This document shows positions 28,118 through 38,345 of a stretch of DNA of 64,000 nt, in pieces (positions within the stretch are counted from its first letter, which is position 1; every line of letters starts with the position of its first letter). The notes below the pieces were generated by a model, which saw only the letters and a program-made list of their open reading frames with translations, searched no databases and had not been told where the DNA came from. Origin of the DNA: a virus; the IMG/VR virus record IMGVR_UViG_3300032103_000260, positions 87,224 through 151,223 of that record; one strand, 5' to 3'. Made by a program: the position numbers and the translations under genes.

Positions 28118-30171
28118 TATATTAGAATAATTCCACTTTCTATTAAAAATTGAATACAATCTGCTTCATTTAATCCTCTATAAAAATAGTATCTTTGATC
28201 TACACTATTTGAGGGATTCCCATTTAATCTCCCACCACCTTGTGGTACTATTGATTGCCCGTTATAATAATTTCCAATTAAATTTACACTAATATCACTA
28301 TCATTAAATCCTTTTTGATTTCCTATTTCATTAAGAATTAATATTATATCTTCTTTAGGTACTTCTACAAAAGCAGTATAGTGTAAATCTGATCTTGCAA
28401 AGAATTTAGTATTAATAACATCATCAACAATTTTTTGAGTATTATCAGTAAAAAAATGATCTGAAGTGTAATTAATAGTAAAATGTGTATTTGATCTATG
28501 ATTTCTCAATGTAGATGGGCCTCCGCTACCAACTAAGTATGAGTTTTGATGAAAGTGAACACAAAAATTAATCCAATTAGACCCAAAAAATTCACCACCA
28601 CTATTAATTGGAAATTCTTTGCTTGGGTTTGCGGCCATTGCGGTTGCATTATTTGTTACAATACCCACATTCCAAAAAGCATCAAAAGTAGCATTATTTA
28701 AAATATCTGGAGCAACAAAACCATTATTTGGATTTTGATCTGGATCATTTTGTTCACTGTTTGCAACAAGTGCTTTGAAAGTACTAATAGTATATAGTTT
28801 ACCACCATTAAATTTAAAATTTTGTTTGCGCCAATTATTAGTATTAATACCATCTGTTTGATCAAATGATTGATTTCTCAATGCATTTTGGGGAAACTTA
28901 TATTTATACCTAAATGGTATTAATGTTGCATTGTTTCCAATACTTTTTCTAAATGTTAAAGGTGCTTGTTCATCAGGTAATTCTAATGTTATAAAACCTA
29001 TAAATTCAGTAAATATACCATCAGTAGAATCATTAGAAACTGGTATCTCACTGCCATCTTCGGCAGTTATAACTTTTTTTCTGTTACATTGTATTTGATA
29101 TAAAAAATCACCATCTCTTAAATTTTTAAAATAATCTGTTTCACTTAATAAAAAATAATCTTCAATTGGATCAAAATTACCAATGTTTGCATCATCATCA
29201 GATACATCTCTTTTTAATGAAAAAATATTTTCTTTTACAATTCCAATTCTTTTATCTGCAATAGATATAGTAACTAAACCATCTTCTGCTGCTCTATATA
29301 ATTCTCTTATTCTTTTATTACCACCATCAAAATTTTCACCCCAAGTAGCATTTGTTCCATCAGTAAAAGATGTACCAAATATTACAAACGTATTTATTAA
29401 TGTTGCTCTTATTCTAAAATCTTGTCTAGTTATACCTATTTCATAATTTTCTCTATCACCCCAAAAAGGTCTTACTTGAACAGATATTTCTTGTGTTTCA
29501 ATATTAGGTAAATCTGCCAAATCATTGCTTGGTCTAATTTTAGTTCCTGCATCGTTAAAAAGATTTGAGGAATAACCTAAATTACTTATCATACTTGTCG
29601 GTGTCATTGAATATTTTCCAATATCAGTAATATCAACTGACATATGGACTGTTTGTATTCCAACAGGAACACCAAATATCATATAATCACCAGAATTATT
29701 TGTAACTGTAGTATATTTATAATACTTTTCGTATATTTCTAAAAATGTTTCATTAGTAATAATTTCTTCTTTAGGTGGAAACGTACCAAATGTCTGTGTT
29801 GGTTTTATTGTTCCATCTGAATCTCTTTTAGCTACACGTGGTAATAAATTATATCTTTTACCATCTAAATTTTTATCTTGAGGGTTTTTATATGGATATA
29901 ATGCTTTTATTTTAGCATTCATCTCATCTTGATCTGATAATGGAATAAATATTGAAATTTTAGCATTTGGAACACCAATTCCACCATTAGCTATAACTCT
30001 TCCGATAAGTACTCCATAGTCGGAGTTAAAATTTTGATAGGCTTGTTCTTGATCAATCTTTAAGGATAAAATCTCTAAAAAATCAACATTTTGTTCAAAT
30101 TTAACCTGTAGGTATTTATCGCTACCATCTAAATTAGCCTTGATTCTTTCCGACTTATTCATTAAAACCAT
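28117..30171 (-). CDS. Putative virion structural protein with carboxypeptidase-regulatory-like beta sandwich
   Basis: GRVIANGGIGVPNAKISIF...TNNSGDYMIFGVPVG; late-type motif at 30185. Confidence 0.55.
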   Translation of the reverse strand: MVLMNKSERIKANLDGSDKYLQVKFEQNVDFLEILSLKIDQEQAYQNFNSDYGVLIGRVIANGGIGVPNAKISIFIPLSDQDEMNAKIKALYPYKNPQDKNLDGKRYNLLPRVAKRDSDGTIKPTQTFGTFPPKEEIITNETFLEIYEKYYKYTTVTNNSGDYMIFGVPVGIQTVHMSVDITDIGKYSMTPTSMISNLGYSSNLFNDAGTKIRPSNDLADLPNIETQEISVQVRPFWGDRENYEIGITRQDFRIRATLINTFVIFGTSFTDGTNATWGENFDGGNKRIRELYRAAEDGLVTISIADKRIGIVKENIFSLKRDVSDDDANIGNFDPIEDYFLLSETDYFKNLRDGDFLYQIQCNRKKVITAEDGSEIPVSNDSTDGIFTEFIGFITLELPDEQAPLTFRKSIGNNATLIPFRYKYKFPQNALRNQSFDQTDGINTNNWRKQNFKFNGGKLYTISTFKALVANSEQNDPDQNPNNGFVAPDILNNATFDAFWNVGIVTNNATAMAANPSKEFPINSGGEFFGSNWINFCVHFHQNSYLVGSGGPSTLRNHRSNTHFTINYTSDHFFTDNTQKIVDDVINTKFFARSDLHYTAFVEVPKEDIILILNEIGNQKGFNDSDISVNLIGNYYNGQSIVPQGGGRLNGNPSNSVDQRYYFYRGLNEADCIQFLIESGIILI

Positions 30172-30305
30172 GTTTATAACAATTTATAAATACTTAAGCC
30201 TATTATTTCTTGTTTTTGAGAAATAAGGAAGTATTTATAAAAAAAATCTACAGTAATGTAAATGTAAATTTAATAGAATAATTTAAAAAAATCAAATAAA
30301 TAAAG

Positions 30306-33014
30306 ATGGCACAAGGTTTTATTTTTACCTCACCGGGAGTTAAATTCAGAGAAAGAGATTTATCATTTGTAACAAGAAATGTTGGTGTTACCACATTAGG
30401 TCTTGTTGGAGAAACATTGAAAGGCCCTGCTTTTGAACCCTTTTTCGTTCAAGATAAAGGTCAATTCAGGCAAAGATTTGGTTTTCAAAGTGTTGAGAAA
30501 TTTCAAACTGGTGATCTTAGATATATGCTTCCGTATTATGCAAATGCATATTTAGAAGAATCATCACAATTATTTGTAACTAGAGTATTAGGTTTATCAG
30601 GTTATGATACTGGTACTGCTTGGGCACTTACTTTAAGTGCGGGTGTTAGTGGTGATACTGTCACTACAAGTTCAACATCTGCAGTAATGGGAGTTTCATT
30701 TACTAATTTCTCATATCTTGGTGAAGTTATTTCAAGTAGTGATCAAACAGGAACAATTTTTAGTGGTTTTACAAAAACAGGCCCTACAACATTTATTGGT
30801 GTTGAATATATTTATGAAGTAACTTCATTATTAAATAATGGCAGTGGTACACTTAATTATACTGCTAACACATTAAATGCTTCATCACTTGGTAATTATG
30901 AAAATATGGTTCTTGCTGTTTTAAGACCAAGAGCTACCGTAGAAGATGTTGATGGGGCAGCACCAGTAACTAGTTTTGAATCTAACGTGGTTACTATAAC
31001 TGCTAATGCTACTAATACTGGTACAGGTGATTTATTTGGACAATTTACTATCAGAGCAGTAAACACGTTTGTTACTGGAGCAACAAGTGCAGAAACCTAT
31101 GTTGTATCGTTAAATCCAAATTCAAGAGATTATATTGTTAATGTTTTAGGCGATAAACCAAAAGGAAAAAATACTAAATTATATGTTGAGTCACTATTTC
31201 CTGATTTAATCAAAAAATTAGACGCTGATTCATTAGCATATGGTGTTAATACTGCTGTAAGTAACTATACTTCTGCAGCATTTACTGATTATAAATTTCA
31301 ATATCAAACACCTGAAACTCCTTGGGTTGTATCTGAATTACGTGGTAATAAAATTGAAAAATTATTTAAGTTCATTTCTATTTCAGATGGTAATTCAGCA
31401 AATAAAGAAATTAAAATAACAATTTCAAATATTAATCCAACATCAAGAGAATTTGATGTAATTGTTCGTGATTTTAATGATACTGATGATAATCCTACTG
31501 TGTTAGAGTCATTCCAGAGATGTACCATGAGAAAATCAGAAACTGGTTACGTTGGTAACCGTATTGGTACAGCAAATGGTGACTATGATTTAAAGAGTAG
31601 CTATATTATGCTTGAATTAGATATTGATGCACCAGAAGATGCGTTTCCTGCTGGTTTTGAAGGATATTTTCAACCAAACTTTGGTTCAAACGTAGCACCA
31701 AAAATCTTCTATAAAACATCATACTTGCCTGATGATAGAGTGAACAGAGTATCACTTGGTTTATCTGAAAGAGGTTATGATGGTGTATCATTAAGAGGTA
31801 CAGGATTTAATCAGAATTTGTTTAACTTCATTGGTAAATCAAATAACTTTGTTAAGTCAAAAGGTTTTCATATGGATGCTGACGCTACTGGTGTATATGA
31901 AACTGGTCAGTTTGAAGTTGGTGCAGCTAATTTTCAAACAACTTCTGATATTAATAATAGTTTAAATCCATATTCTAATTCACAATCAAGAAAATTCACG
32001 TTAGTACCTGCTGGTGGCTTTGATGGATGGAATGAACATAGATCAGAAAGAAGTAATAGCGATTTATTTAGAAAAGGTGGTGCTTTTGATGGTGTAGCCG
32101 ATGGATTAACACCATCTAACGATTTTCAAGCATGGGAAGCTGCTATAAACACATTTGCTAATCCTGAAGAGATTACAATTAATTTATTTGCAACACCAAA
32201 TTTAAATTTTGCTGATCATTCTGTATTAGTAAAAGAAGTAATTAATATGATTGAAGTTGATCGTGCAGATACTTTATATTTGTTAGATACTCCTGATATA
32301 TCAGTACCACTTGGTATTGACGAAAGACAAGATGTTGTTGCTGCAGAAGACATTGTTGATTTGTTAGATACTGTCGATATTGATAGTAACTACACAGCAA
32401 CATATTTCCCTTGGATTAAAATTTTAGATAGTGATAATAATGTTAGTGTATACATTCCACCTACTGGTCAAGTAGCAAAGGCAATTGCATTCACTGATAA
32501 TGTTAAGTTTCCTTGGTTTGCACCTGCTGGTTTACAACGAGGTATTATTGATGCAAGAAGAGCTAAATATAAACTTTCTCTTGATGCAAGAGATATCCTA
32601 TACAAAGGCAGAATTAACCCTGTAGCTGACTTTACCGATGTAGGTAGTGCAATCTTCGGACAGAAAACATTACAGGTAAGAGAATCAGCATTAGATAGAA
32701 TTAATGTTAGAAGATTATTGTTACAATTAAAAGTATTGATCTCTAACGTTGCAATCAGATTGGTGTTTGAACAAAACGATCAAACCACTGTAGATGAATT
32801 CTTATCAAAAGTAAATCCTATTTTGGATACTGTTAAGAGAGAAAGAGGTTTACAGGAATTTAGAGTGAAAATGGATGATTCAAATAATAGTCCCGAATCT
32901 AGAGATAGAAATGAATTGTATGGTGAAATCCAAATTAAGCCAACTAGAGCAGTTGAATACATTGGAATTACCTTCACAATTACTCCTTCTGGAGCAAGTT
33001 TCGATGAAGTTTAA
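30306..33014 (+). CDS. Contractile tail sheath protein (gp18-like)
   Basis: SPGVKFRERDLS, PWFAPAG, RINPV, GQKTLQ, DRINVRRLL, IKPTRAVEYI. Confidence 0.96.
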   Translation: MAQGFIFTSPGVKFRERDLSFVTRNVGVTTLGLVGETLKGPAFEPFFVQDKGQFRQRFGFQSVEKFQTGDLRYMLPYYANAYLEESSQLFVTRVLGLSGYDTGTAWALTLSAGVSGDTVTTSSTSAVMGVSFTNFSYLGEVISSSDQTGTIFSGFTKTGPTTFIGVEYIYEVTSLLNNGSGTLNYTANTLNASSLGNYENMVLAVLRPRATVEDVDGAAPVTSFESNVVTITANATNTGTGDLFGQFTIRAVNTFVTGATSAETYVVSLNPNSRDYIVNVLGDKPKGKNTKLYVESLFPDLIKKLDADSLAYGVNTAVSNYTSAAFTDYKFQYQTPETPWVVSELRGNKIEKLFKFISISDGNSANKEIKITISNINPTSREFDVIVRDFNDTDDNPTVLESFQRCTMRKSETGYVGNRIGTANGDYDLKSSYIMLELDIDAPEDAFPAGFEGYFQPNFGSNVAPKIFYKTSYLPDDRVNRVSLGLSERGYDGVSLRGTGFNQNLFNFIGKSNNFVKSKGFHMDADATGVYETGQFEVGAANFQTTSDINNSLNPYSNSQSRKFTLVPAGGFDGWNEHRSERSNSDLFRKGGAFDGVADGLTPSNDFQAWEAAINTFANPEEITINLFATPNLNFADHSVLVKEVINMIEVDRADTLYLLDTPDISVPLGIDERQDVVAAEDIVDLLDTVDIDSNYTATYFPWIKILDSDNNVSVYIPPTGQVAKAIAFTDNVKFPWFAPAGLQRGIIDARRAKYKLSLDARDILYKGRINPVADFTDVGSAIFGQKTLQVRESALDRINVRRLLLQLKVLISNVAIRLVFEQNDQTTVDEFLSKVNPILDTVKRERGLQEFRVKMDDSNNSPESRDRNELYGEIQIKPTRAVEYIGITFTITPSGASFDEV

Positions 33015-33032
33015 TAGTTAATAATTAATGTT

Positions 33033-33061
33033 AAAAAACCTGTGTCTCCACAGGTTTTTTT
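33033..33061. terminator. Bidirectional terminator
   Basis: aaaaaacctgtg-tctc-cacaggtttttt. Confidence 0.85.
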
Positions 33062-34823
33062 ATTTTAAAACCATTTCATACTTTAAATTGCCACAATCAT
33101 AGATTCTTAAATATCCTCTTTCAAGCATTATTTCATGCTCTGTTTTATTATTATCAAAACCATGTTTTAATAATATTCTTTTTCTAAAATTAAATCTATG
33201 CTGACGTATCTTATCCTTTTTATTAAAATACCAATAATTGGGTTCAATAACATATTTGAACTCAAATCCTAATTCTTGATATAAATTACCTGTTGAATAT
33301 CTTCTATCTGCAAATGTTGATATTACTTTAGGATTATATTTCTTTATAAAATATTTGAGTAATTTTGATGCTCCCCCAATTACTATTGTATCTAATTTAT
33401 TAGCAAATCTGACTAATTCATATTCATCAATATATTTATTTTTTTTCTTTTTTCGTTTTTCTTTACTAAATGTCATTATAGACACCAAATTATTATCATA
33501 GAAAAGTCCTATTCTAATAGATGAGTTAATATATCCTTGTAAATGATTTTCATTTAAAAATTTTTCAGACATTTCTGATGTAATTTCTTTTATTTCACAT
33601 TTTCTTGCATAAATTTTATTTCCAATAATACCAAGTTTTGCTTTTAGTAGGCTCTTAGTTATTTCTTGTTTATATAACCATTCATCTTCAAAAATATGAT
33701 ATAATTTTATTCCATTTGAAGCCATGTAATCTGTTTTTTCTACATGATAATTATTATTTAAAAATAATTCACTATGCCAATATATTCCATTATATTCGAT
33801 ACCTATTTTTAATTCATCAATATAAATATCAATCTCTTTTTTACCTATTCTTTTTTTCTCAGATTTAAATCCTAATGAATCAATATAGCGTTTTAATTCG
33901 TTTTCTTTGATAGAATCATTGTAATTAATAGGATTACAATGAATACAAGGATTTTTTATTCCATGTACCAATACACGATAATAGAATAATGTATTATTTA
34001 TCATGTATTCAGTGTGATAAATACACTGATTTTTAATTATTAATGTATTTCTACTGTGCTCAATATCAACATGATCACCAAGTATTTCTTTATATCTTTC
34101 AGTTGTTTTTTTTGTTCTTGATTTTACATTTTTTTTTATTACTGAATCAAGCATCATCACAGAAGGTACACCATATTTTTTTAAATTAGACTCTCTCATT
34201 TTAATTTTTACAGAATCTAATTTAGATGGTATTTCAACACCGTATTTTTTTATATTATTTTCTTTTATTCTATTTCTAATTATTTGTGATTGAGTTGGAT
34301 GTTCTACACCGTATTTTTTTTCTAAAGTGTTTCTGGTTTTTTGTTTTACAAAATTGGATTGAAATATATTTTTATGACCATATTTATTTAGATATGTTTC
34401 ATTTTTTTTATCTTTTACACTTTGTAATTTACTTACTGATAAAACACCATATTTCTTAAGATTAGTTGATTTTATATTTTCTAATCTAGAAACACTTTTA
34501 TTTCTACAAATCTTACTACAATTTTTGCCATATCCTTCACTAAAAACACCTCTCCATTTTATTACTGCACCACAAGTTTCACATTTTGGTATATGTTTAA
34601 TATCATATAAATAATTATATAATTTTTGTGTAAAAGATATTGATGCATCAAATTCGAAATCCATATTATGTTGCTCAATCCTATCAATTAATCCATTAAA
34701 GATTTGATCTAAATGATTTTTTTTAGTTTTATACCCTGATTTATTATCTGTTAGCAAATATTCAATAATTTTTTCTTTTTCCATATGTAGAGTATTTATA
34801 TAAAAATAATAATATTTAATCAT
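33060..34823 (-). CDS. Hef-like homing endonuclease: Zn ribbon, KYG repeats, Vsr/DUF559-like nuclease, C-terminal GNAT (Mom-like) domain (start probably 34784)
   Basis: CETC..CSKIC; five KYG repeats; EIDIY...GIEYNGIYWHS...HIFEDEW; FLNENHLQG, ELVRFAN, GGASKLLKYF, FADRRYSTGNLYQELGF. Confidence 0.8.
   Translation of the reverse strand: MIKYYYFYINTLHMEKEKIIEYLLTDNKSGYKTKKNHLDQIFNGLIDRIEQHNMDFEFDASISFTQKLYNYLYDIKHIPKCETCGAVIKWRGVFSEGYGKNCSKICRNKSVSRLENIKSTNLKKYGVLSVSKLQSVKDKKNETYLNKYGHKNIFQSNFVKQKTRNTLEKKYGVEHPTQSQIIRNRIKENNIKKYGVEIPSKLDSVKIKMRESNLKKYGVPSVMMLDSVIKKNVKSRTKKTTERYKEILGDHVDIEHSRNTLIIKNQCIYHTEYMINNTLFYYRVLVHGIKNPCIHCNPINYNDSIKENELKRYIDSLGFKSEKKRIGKKEIDIYIDELKIGIEYNGIYWHSELFLNNNYHVEKTDYMASNGIKLYHIFEDEWLYKQEITKSLLKAKLGIIGNKIYARKCEIKEITSEMSEKFLNENHLQGYINSSIRIGLFYDNNLVSIMTFSKEKRKKKKNKYIDEYELVRFANKLDTIVIGGASKLLKYFIKKYNPKVISTFADRRYSTGNLYQELGFEFKYVIEPNYWYFNKKDKIRQHRFNFRKRILLKHGFDNNKTEHEIMLERGYLRIYDCGNLKYEMVLK
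34140..34465 (-). repeat. Five tandem ~23-aa (69-nt) KYG repeats within the endonuclease
   Basis: NLKKYGVLS / YLNKYGHKN / LEKKYGVEH / NIKKYGVEI / NLKKYGVPS at 23-residue spacing. Confidence 0.85.
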
Positions 34824-34837
34824 AAATACAATAAAAA

Positions 34838-35326
34838 ATGGCAGAACTTATTCGTGGTATACCTTTCGATTATGAACCAAAAAGAGAGAATAGATTCTTT
34901 TTAGAGTTTCCTACTGAATTAGGTATTGAAGAATGGAAAATACAGGAGGTTAAAAGACCTTCTATGACTATAAACTCAGTTGAAATTCCTTTTATAAATG
35001 AAACCAACTATGTAGCTGGTAAATATAAGTGGGAATCGATTGATATTAAGTTGATTGACACAATTGGCCCTTCTACATCAACACAGGTTATGGAGTGGGT
35101 TCGTTTACATGCTGAATCATTAACTGGTCGTATGGGTTATGCTGCAGGTTATAAGAAGAACCTTATAATCAAAGCACTTGATCCTACTGGTGTACAAGTT
35201 GAGAAATGGTTCTTGGAGCAATGTATGATTACCAGTGTTGATTTTGGTAATAACTCTATGGATTCTGATGCAGTACAAATGGTTTCATTTACTGTACAGC
35301 CTTGGAGGGCAATTCTTAATTATTAA
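34838..35326 (+). CDS. Tail tube protein (gp19-like)
   Basis: EPKRENRF, RPS, YVAGKYKWE, YKKNL, VEKWFL; follows the sheath gene. Confidence 0.9.
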   Translation: MAELIRGIPFDYEPKRENRFFLEFPTELGIEEWKIQEVKRPSMTINSVEIPFINETNYVAGKYKWESIDIKLIDTIGPSTSTQVMEWVRLHAESLTGRMGYAAGYKKNLIIKALDPTGVQVEKWFLEQCMITSVDFGNNSMDSDAVQMVSFTVQPWRAILNY

Positions 35327-35347
35327 GAATTTTCTATTCAAATTATT

Positions 35348-35377
35348 AAGAGAGCATATAATTTATATGCTCTTTTT
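35348..35377 (+). terminator. Intrinsic terminator after the tail tube gene
   Basis: agagcatata-att-tatatgctct followed by T tract. Confidence 0.8.
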
Positions 35378-35392
35378 GTTTAATTTTACTAT

Positions 35393-35522
35393 ATGAAATA
35401 TGGTATTTATCTAATAAAAAATATAACTACTAATCAAAACTATGTTGGTTCATCTTATGATATAAAAAATAAAAGGAACTATTATGAATATAATTAAAAG
35501 AATGGGATGGACACACATTTAA
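35393..35522 (+). pseudogene. Collapsed GIY-YIG homing endonuclease remnant
   Basis: MKYGIYLIKNITTNQNYVGSSYDIKNKRNYYEYN* (35393-35497), then out-of-frame IKRMGWTHI*. Confidence 0.7.
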
Positions 35523-35525
35523 AAT

Positions 35526-35555
35526 AAAAAAAGGGATAGTTTTGCTATCCCTTTT
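35526..35555. terminator. Bidirectional terminator
   Basis: aaaagggatag-tttg-ctatccctttt-type hairpin flanked by A and T runs. Confidence 0.8.
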
Positions 35556-35576
35556 GTTTTTATAAACAGTTACTAA

Positions 35577-35798
35577 TTATCGAGTCATTTGATATTTCAA
35601 TACGCCTTCTTTTGTACGTGAAGTTTCAATATTGTTAATACCTTCTTCACGAAGATCAGAGATTGTTGCTCTCAAATTCTTCAATTTAAACTGACTACTT
35701 GCCAATTTTTTAGTTACTGCTTTACCTGTCTTAAGGTAGTTGTACAATTTTTCTTTTTTAGAAATTGTACTGGTTTTGTTTGTTTTTTTGGTTGCCAT
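35577..35798 (-). CDS. Small basic winged-helix DNA-binding protein
   Basis: LYNYLKTG..VT......F...NLRATISDLREEG..I pattern; own promoter and terminator. Confidence 0.7.
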   Translation of the reverse strand: MATKKTNKTSTISKKEKLYNYLKTGKAVTKKLASSQFKLKNLRATISDLREEGINNIETSRTKEGVLKYQMTR

Positions 35799-35834
35799 AA
35801 TTTTATGGGTTTAAAAGTTAAAATTTAATGACTG

Positions 35835-35866
35835 TAAAGATATATAATTAAAATTTACTTGTCAAG
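35835..35866 (-). promoter_or_regulatory. Bacteroidota-type promoter
   Basis: CTTGACAAGTA...: TTG-N20-TATCTTTA. Confidence 0.6.
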
Positions 35867-36673
35867 TATTTTAACTAATTGATTTTCATTAATATATTCA
35901 TTGACCATTATATCTACATATTTACTTCTGTCCATAATTTCAAGATAAATTGGTTCATCATTATTATGTGATATCCATACAAGGTAGCACTTACCAATCT
36001 TAATACCAGTATTTTTTTCAATTATTTTTTTATATAAACCTAATTGTAACGAATATATTTCCATTTCACAATCCTGTAGAGTAAAAAGACTTCCCTTTAG
36101 TGTTTCACCCATTTTATTCTCGGTATTAAGTTTTTTATTTGTTTTATAATCCCATAGCTGAAATTCCTTTTGTTTAACATTATAAACCAATAGATCAATC
36201 ATTCCAGCAATACCATATTCCACATCACAAATAACATACTCTGTTTTAATAGGAATTAAAGTAGCATATGACTTCTTAAAAAAAGTATCTATTAATTTTT
36301 TAGTTTTTAGAAATTCTTCATAAATTGGGTCATATCCAAAAGTTTTAACTACTAGTTCTTTAGGGTATGGAAAAAACTTGTTATTCCACAAATTTTCAGC
36401 ATAATTATGGGCTATTGAACCTTTCATTGTAGCTTTTTTATTTAAAAAATTCCATGCTCTTTCGATTTCTTTTTGATCGAGATGATATTCATCGGCTTTA
36501 TATTCTGACCAATATTGGTGATTAAATTCTTGCTGGTACTTATGAATTAAAGTTGTTACAGAAACTAATTGTTTATCTCCAACAAAATATTTGTGTGTAT
36601 CATCATAAAATTTGACGTGATTAAACTTATTAAATATGCTAATAGGTAAGTTCTCAATCATAGATAAATGCAA
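35855..36673 (-). CDS. PD-(D/E)XK exonuclease (RecB/Cas4-like fold; start probably 36661)
   Basis: HKY...SVTT, KGSIAH, E...IAGMIDLL...DYKT, QLGLY. Confidence 0.85.
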   Translation of the reverse strand: MHLSMIENLPISIFNKFNHVKFYDDTHKYFVGDKQLVSVTTLIHKYQQEFNHQYWSEYKADEYHLDQKEIERAWNFLNKKATMKGSIAHNYAENLWNNKFFPYPKELVVKTFGYDPIYEEFLKTKKLIDTFFKKSYATLIPIKTEYVICDVEYGIAGMIDLLVYNVKQKEFQLWDYKTNKKLNTENKMGETLKGSLFTLQDCEMEIYSLQLGLYKKIIEKNTGIKIGKCYLVWISHNNDEPIYLEIMDRSKYVDIMVNEYINENQLVKILDK

Positions 36674-36702
36674 TAATATACACTTATTCTAACAAAATCA
36701 AG
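36671..36702 (-). promoter_or_regulatory. Bacteroidota-type promoter
   Basis: TTG-N20-TATTATTG upstream of ATG 36661. Confidence 0.5.
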
Positions 36703-36708
36703 ATAGAA

Positions 36709-37587
36709 TTAATTAATAACGATATTTTTCTGTAAAATACCTTCAAAATTGATTTTTTCTAAATCAATAATAATTCCTGATTTATTTGCTGGCAAACCAT
36801 TATAACCGTGAATATGATTAATAATGGCTTTTCTTAAAATCTCTAAGGCTTCAACTAATACGTCACCTCTTGTCATTGGGTGACCATTTTTAAATATTTT
36901 TTCTCTTTCTTCTAAATTAATATCATATGCTTTAAACTTTGGAATACCATCATGTGATAATATTGCAATTTTATCTGCAATCATTACAATGCTTGATTGT
37001 AAACCATCTTCTCCAATTGTCATTTTTATTGATGACGGATTTTTTTTATTTAAGCTAAGAATATCATTTACTTCGTGTTTTCCTACACGTAATTCAATTT
37101 CTTTTCTTTTTAAAATAATATCAGTATTATCTCTACCAATTAAAGCAATGTCTTCAATTTTAGGAAATACACCAATAGCATTTGGAAATGTTGATGGTGC
37201 TTTTTCTGGAGCATTTCTGGCTAAATCTGTTGTTGAAAAAGAACTGGCAAACGAATCAAAATATATTGATTGTGGCTGTGATATTACACTACCCATCCAT
37301 TGACGACCTTTTTCTGGATATCTAACATCATCTAAGATAACTCTTACTGCTTCACCAACTTTTGGATAAATATGGAAAAATTTAGGTAGTAATGGATATG
37401 CCCAAGGTAAATTTTCATTAATTGTTTTATCATCTAATCCAAAAATTCTTACTTTTATTCTACCACCTTCTGTTGGATCGATAACATTAACAACCTCACC
37501 ATAATAAATATTTCTTATTGTAGTGTTTTTATTAGTTTCTTTTCTATATGGATCACTAGTAACTAAAAATTTCTTATCGTATCCCAT
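36709..37587 (-). CDS. Baseplate spike protein (gp5/gpV-like N-terminal OB fold)
   Basis: GEVVNVIDPTEGGRIKVRI...LPWAYP...PKVGEAVRV; C-terminal HIH metal-binding apex motif. Confidence 0.8.
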   Translation of the reverse strand: MGYDKKFLVTSDPYRKETNKNTTIRNIYYGEVVNVIDPTEGGRIKVRIFGLDDKTINENLPWAYPLLPKFFHIYPKVGEAVRVILDDVRYPEKGRQWMGSVISQPQSIYFDSFASSFSTTDLARNAPEKAPSTFPNAIGVFPKIEDIALIGRDNTDIILKRKEIELRVGKHEVNDILSLNKKNPSSIKMTIGEDGLQSSIVMIADKIAILSHDGIPKFKAYDINLEEREKIFKNGHPMTRGDVLVEALEILRKAIINHIHGYNGLPANKSGIIIDLEKINFEGILQKNIVIN

Positions 37588-37768
37588 TCTTTCTTTTATT
37601 TAATTCATCAATTAATATAACATACTGCTCCTCTAATTTATCCAGATTAGATGTAAGTATATCAATTTGATATGTTAAATTAATTATTTCTTGTTTTTTT
37701 AGTTCATGTTCTTTAACAGTATCATCTATTTTTTTTATTATTTCAGTATCAGTAAAATTTTCAAACAT
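37574..37768 (-). CDS. Small coiled-coil hypothetical protein
   Basis: In operon. Confidence 0.55.
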   Translation of the reverse strand: MFENFTDTEIIKKIDDTVKEHELKKQEIINLTYQIDILTSNLDKLEEQYVILIDELNKRKNGIR

Positions 37769-37770
37769 AA

Positions 37771-38178
37771 TTATTGAATTTGACCATATGCAGTAGTAAA
37801 TGTTATTGTTGAACCAAATACAGTGACAGGCCCTGCAGGTGATGCACCAGCAGCAGTAAGTGTTGTTCCCGGTGGGATTCCTACCGTTATAATAGCGTCT
37901 TCCTGCAATGCACGAATAATTTCTTCTATCCTGATTCTTTCCATTATTTCATCAGGACTTATTTCACCACTAGGTAATGCGCCTATAGGTAAACCAGCTT
38001 CACTTTTTCTAGATATTATTCTACTTGCTATTTTTGTTGGTGACAATCCACTTTTTCTTCTTACACCAACAAATACAACTGGTGCTGGTAGAACAGTGGG
38101 AGCACCAGCCGTTTGTATTTTAAGTACTTTTTGAAATCCAGAAATGATTGATGATATGTCGCTGTAATCTATTGCCAT
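37771..38178 (-). CDS. Putative baseplate/spike-associated structural protein
   Basis: Pro/Gly-rich beta C-terminus; upstream of the gp5-like gene. Confidence 0.45.
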   Translation of the reverse strand: MAIDYSDISSIISGFQKVLKIQTAGAPTVLPAPVVFVGVRRKSGLSPTKIASRIISRKSEAGLPIGALPSGEISPDEIMERIRIEEIIRALQEDAIITVGIPPGTTLTAAGASPAGPVTVFGSTITFTTAYGQIQ

Positions 38179-38179
38179 A

Positions 38180-38341
38180 TTATTTCTTTACATCATGCCA
38201 TACCCAACCTAATAAAAGCCTTACAATAATTCTTCTAATAATGTTAGGTTTTTTTGTTAATGCTAATTTTACTCCATCTTCTGTACCATCGACATAATAA
38301 ACTCCAATGAGTTGTTTGTTTACTTTGTTATCTGTTATCAT
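38180..38341 (-). CDS. 53-aa hypothetical protein (not in the ORF track)
   Basis: MITDNKVNKQLIGVYYVDGTEDGVKLALTKKPNIIRRIIVRLLLGWVWHDVKK*; exactly fills the operon gap. Confidence 0.55.
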   Translation of the reverse strand: MITDNKVNKQLIGVYYVDGTEDGVKLALTKKPNIIRRIIVRLLLGWVWHDVKK

Positions 38342-38345
38342 AATT

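Noticed and set aside
35855-36673. Cas4-like nuclease as part of a CRISPR system
   Set aside because: No array, no other cas genes and no four-Cys Fe-S pattern; an ordinary phage PD-(D/E)XK exonuclease
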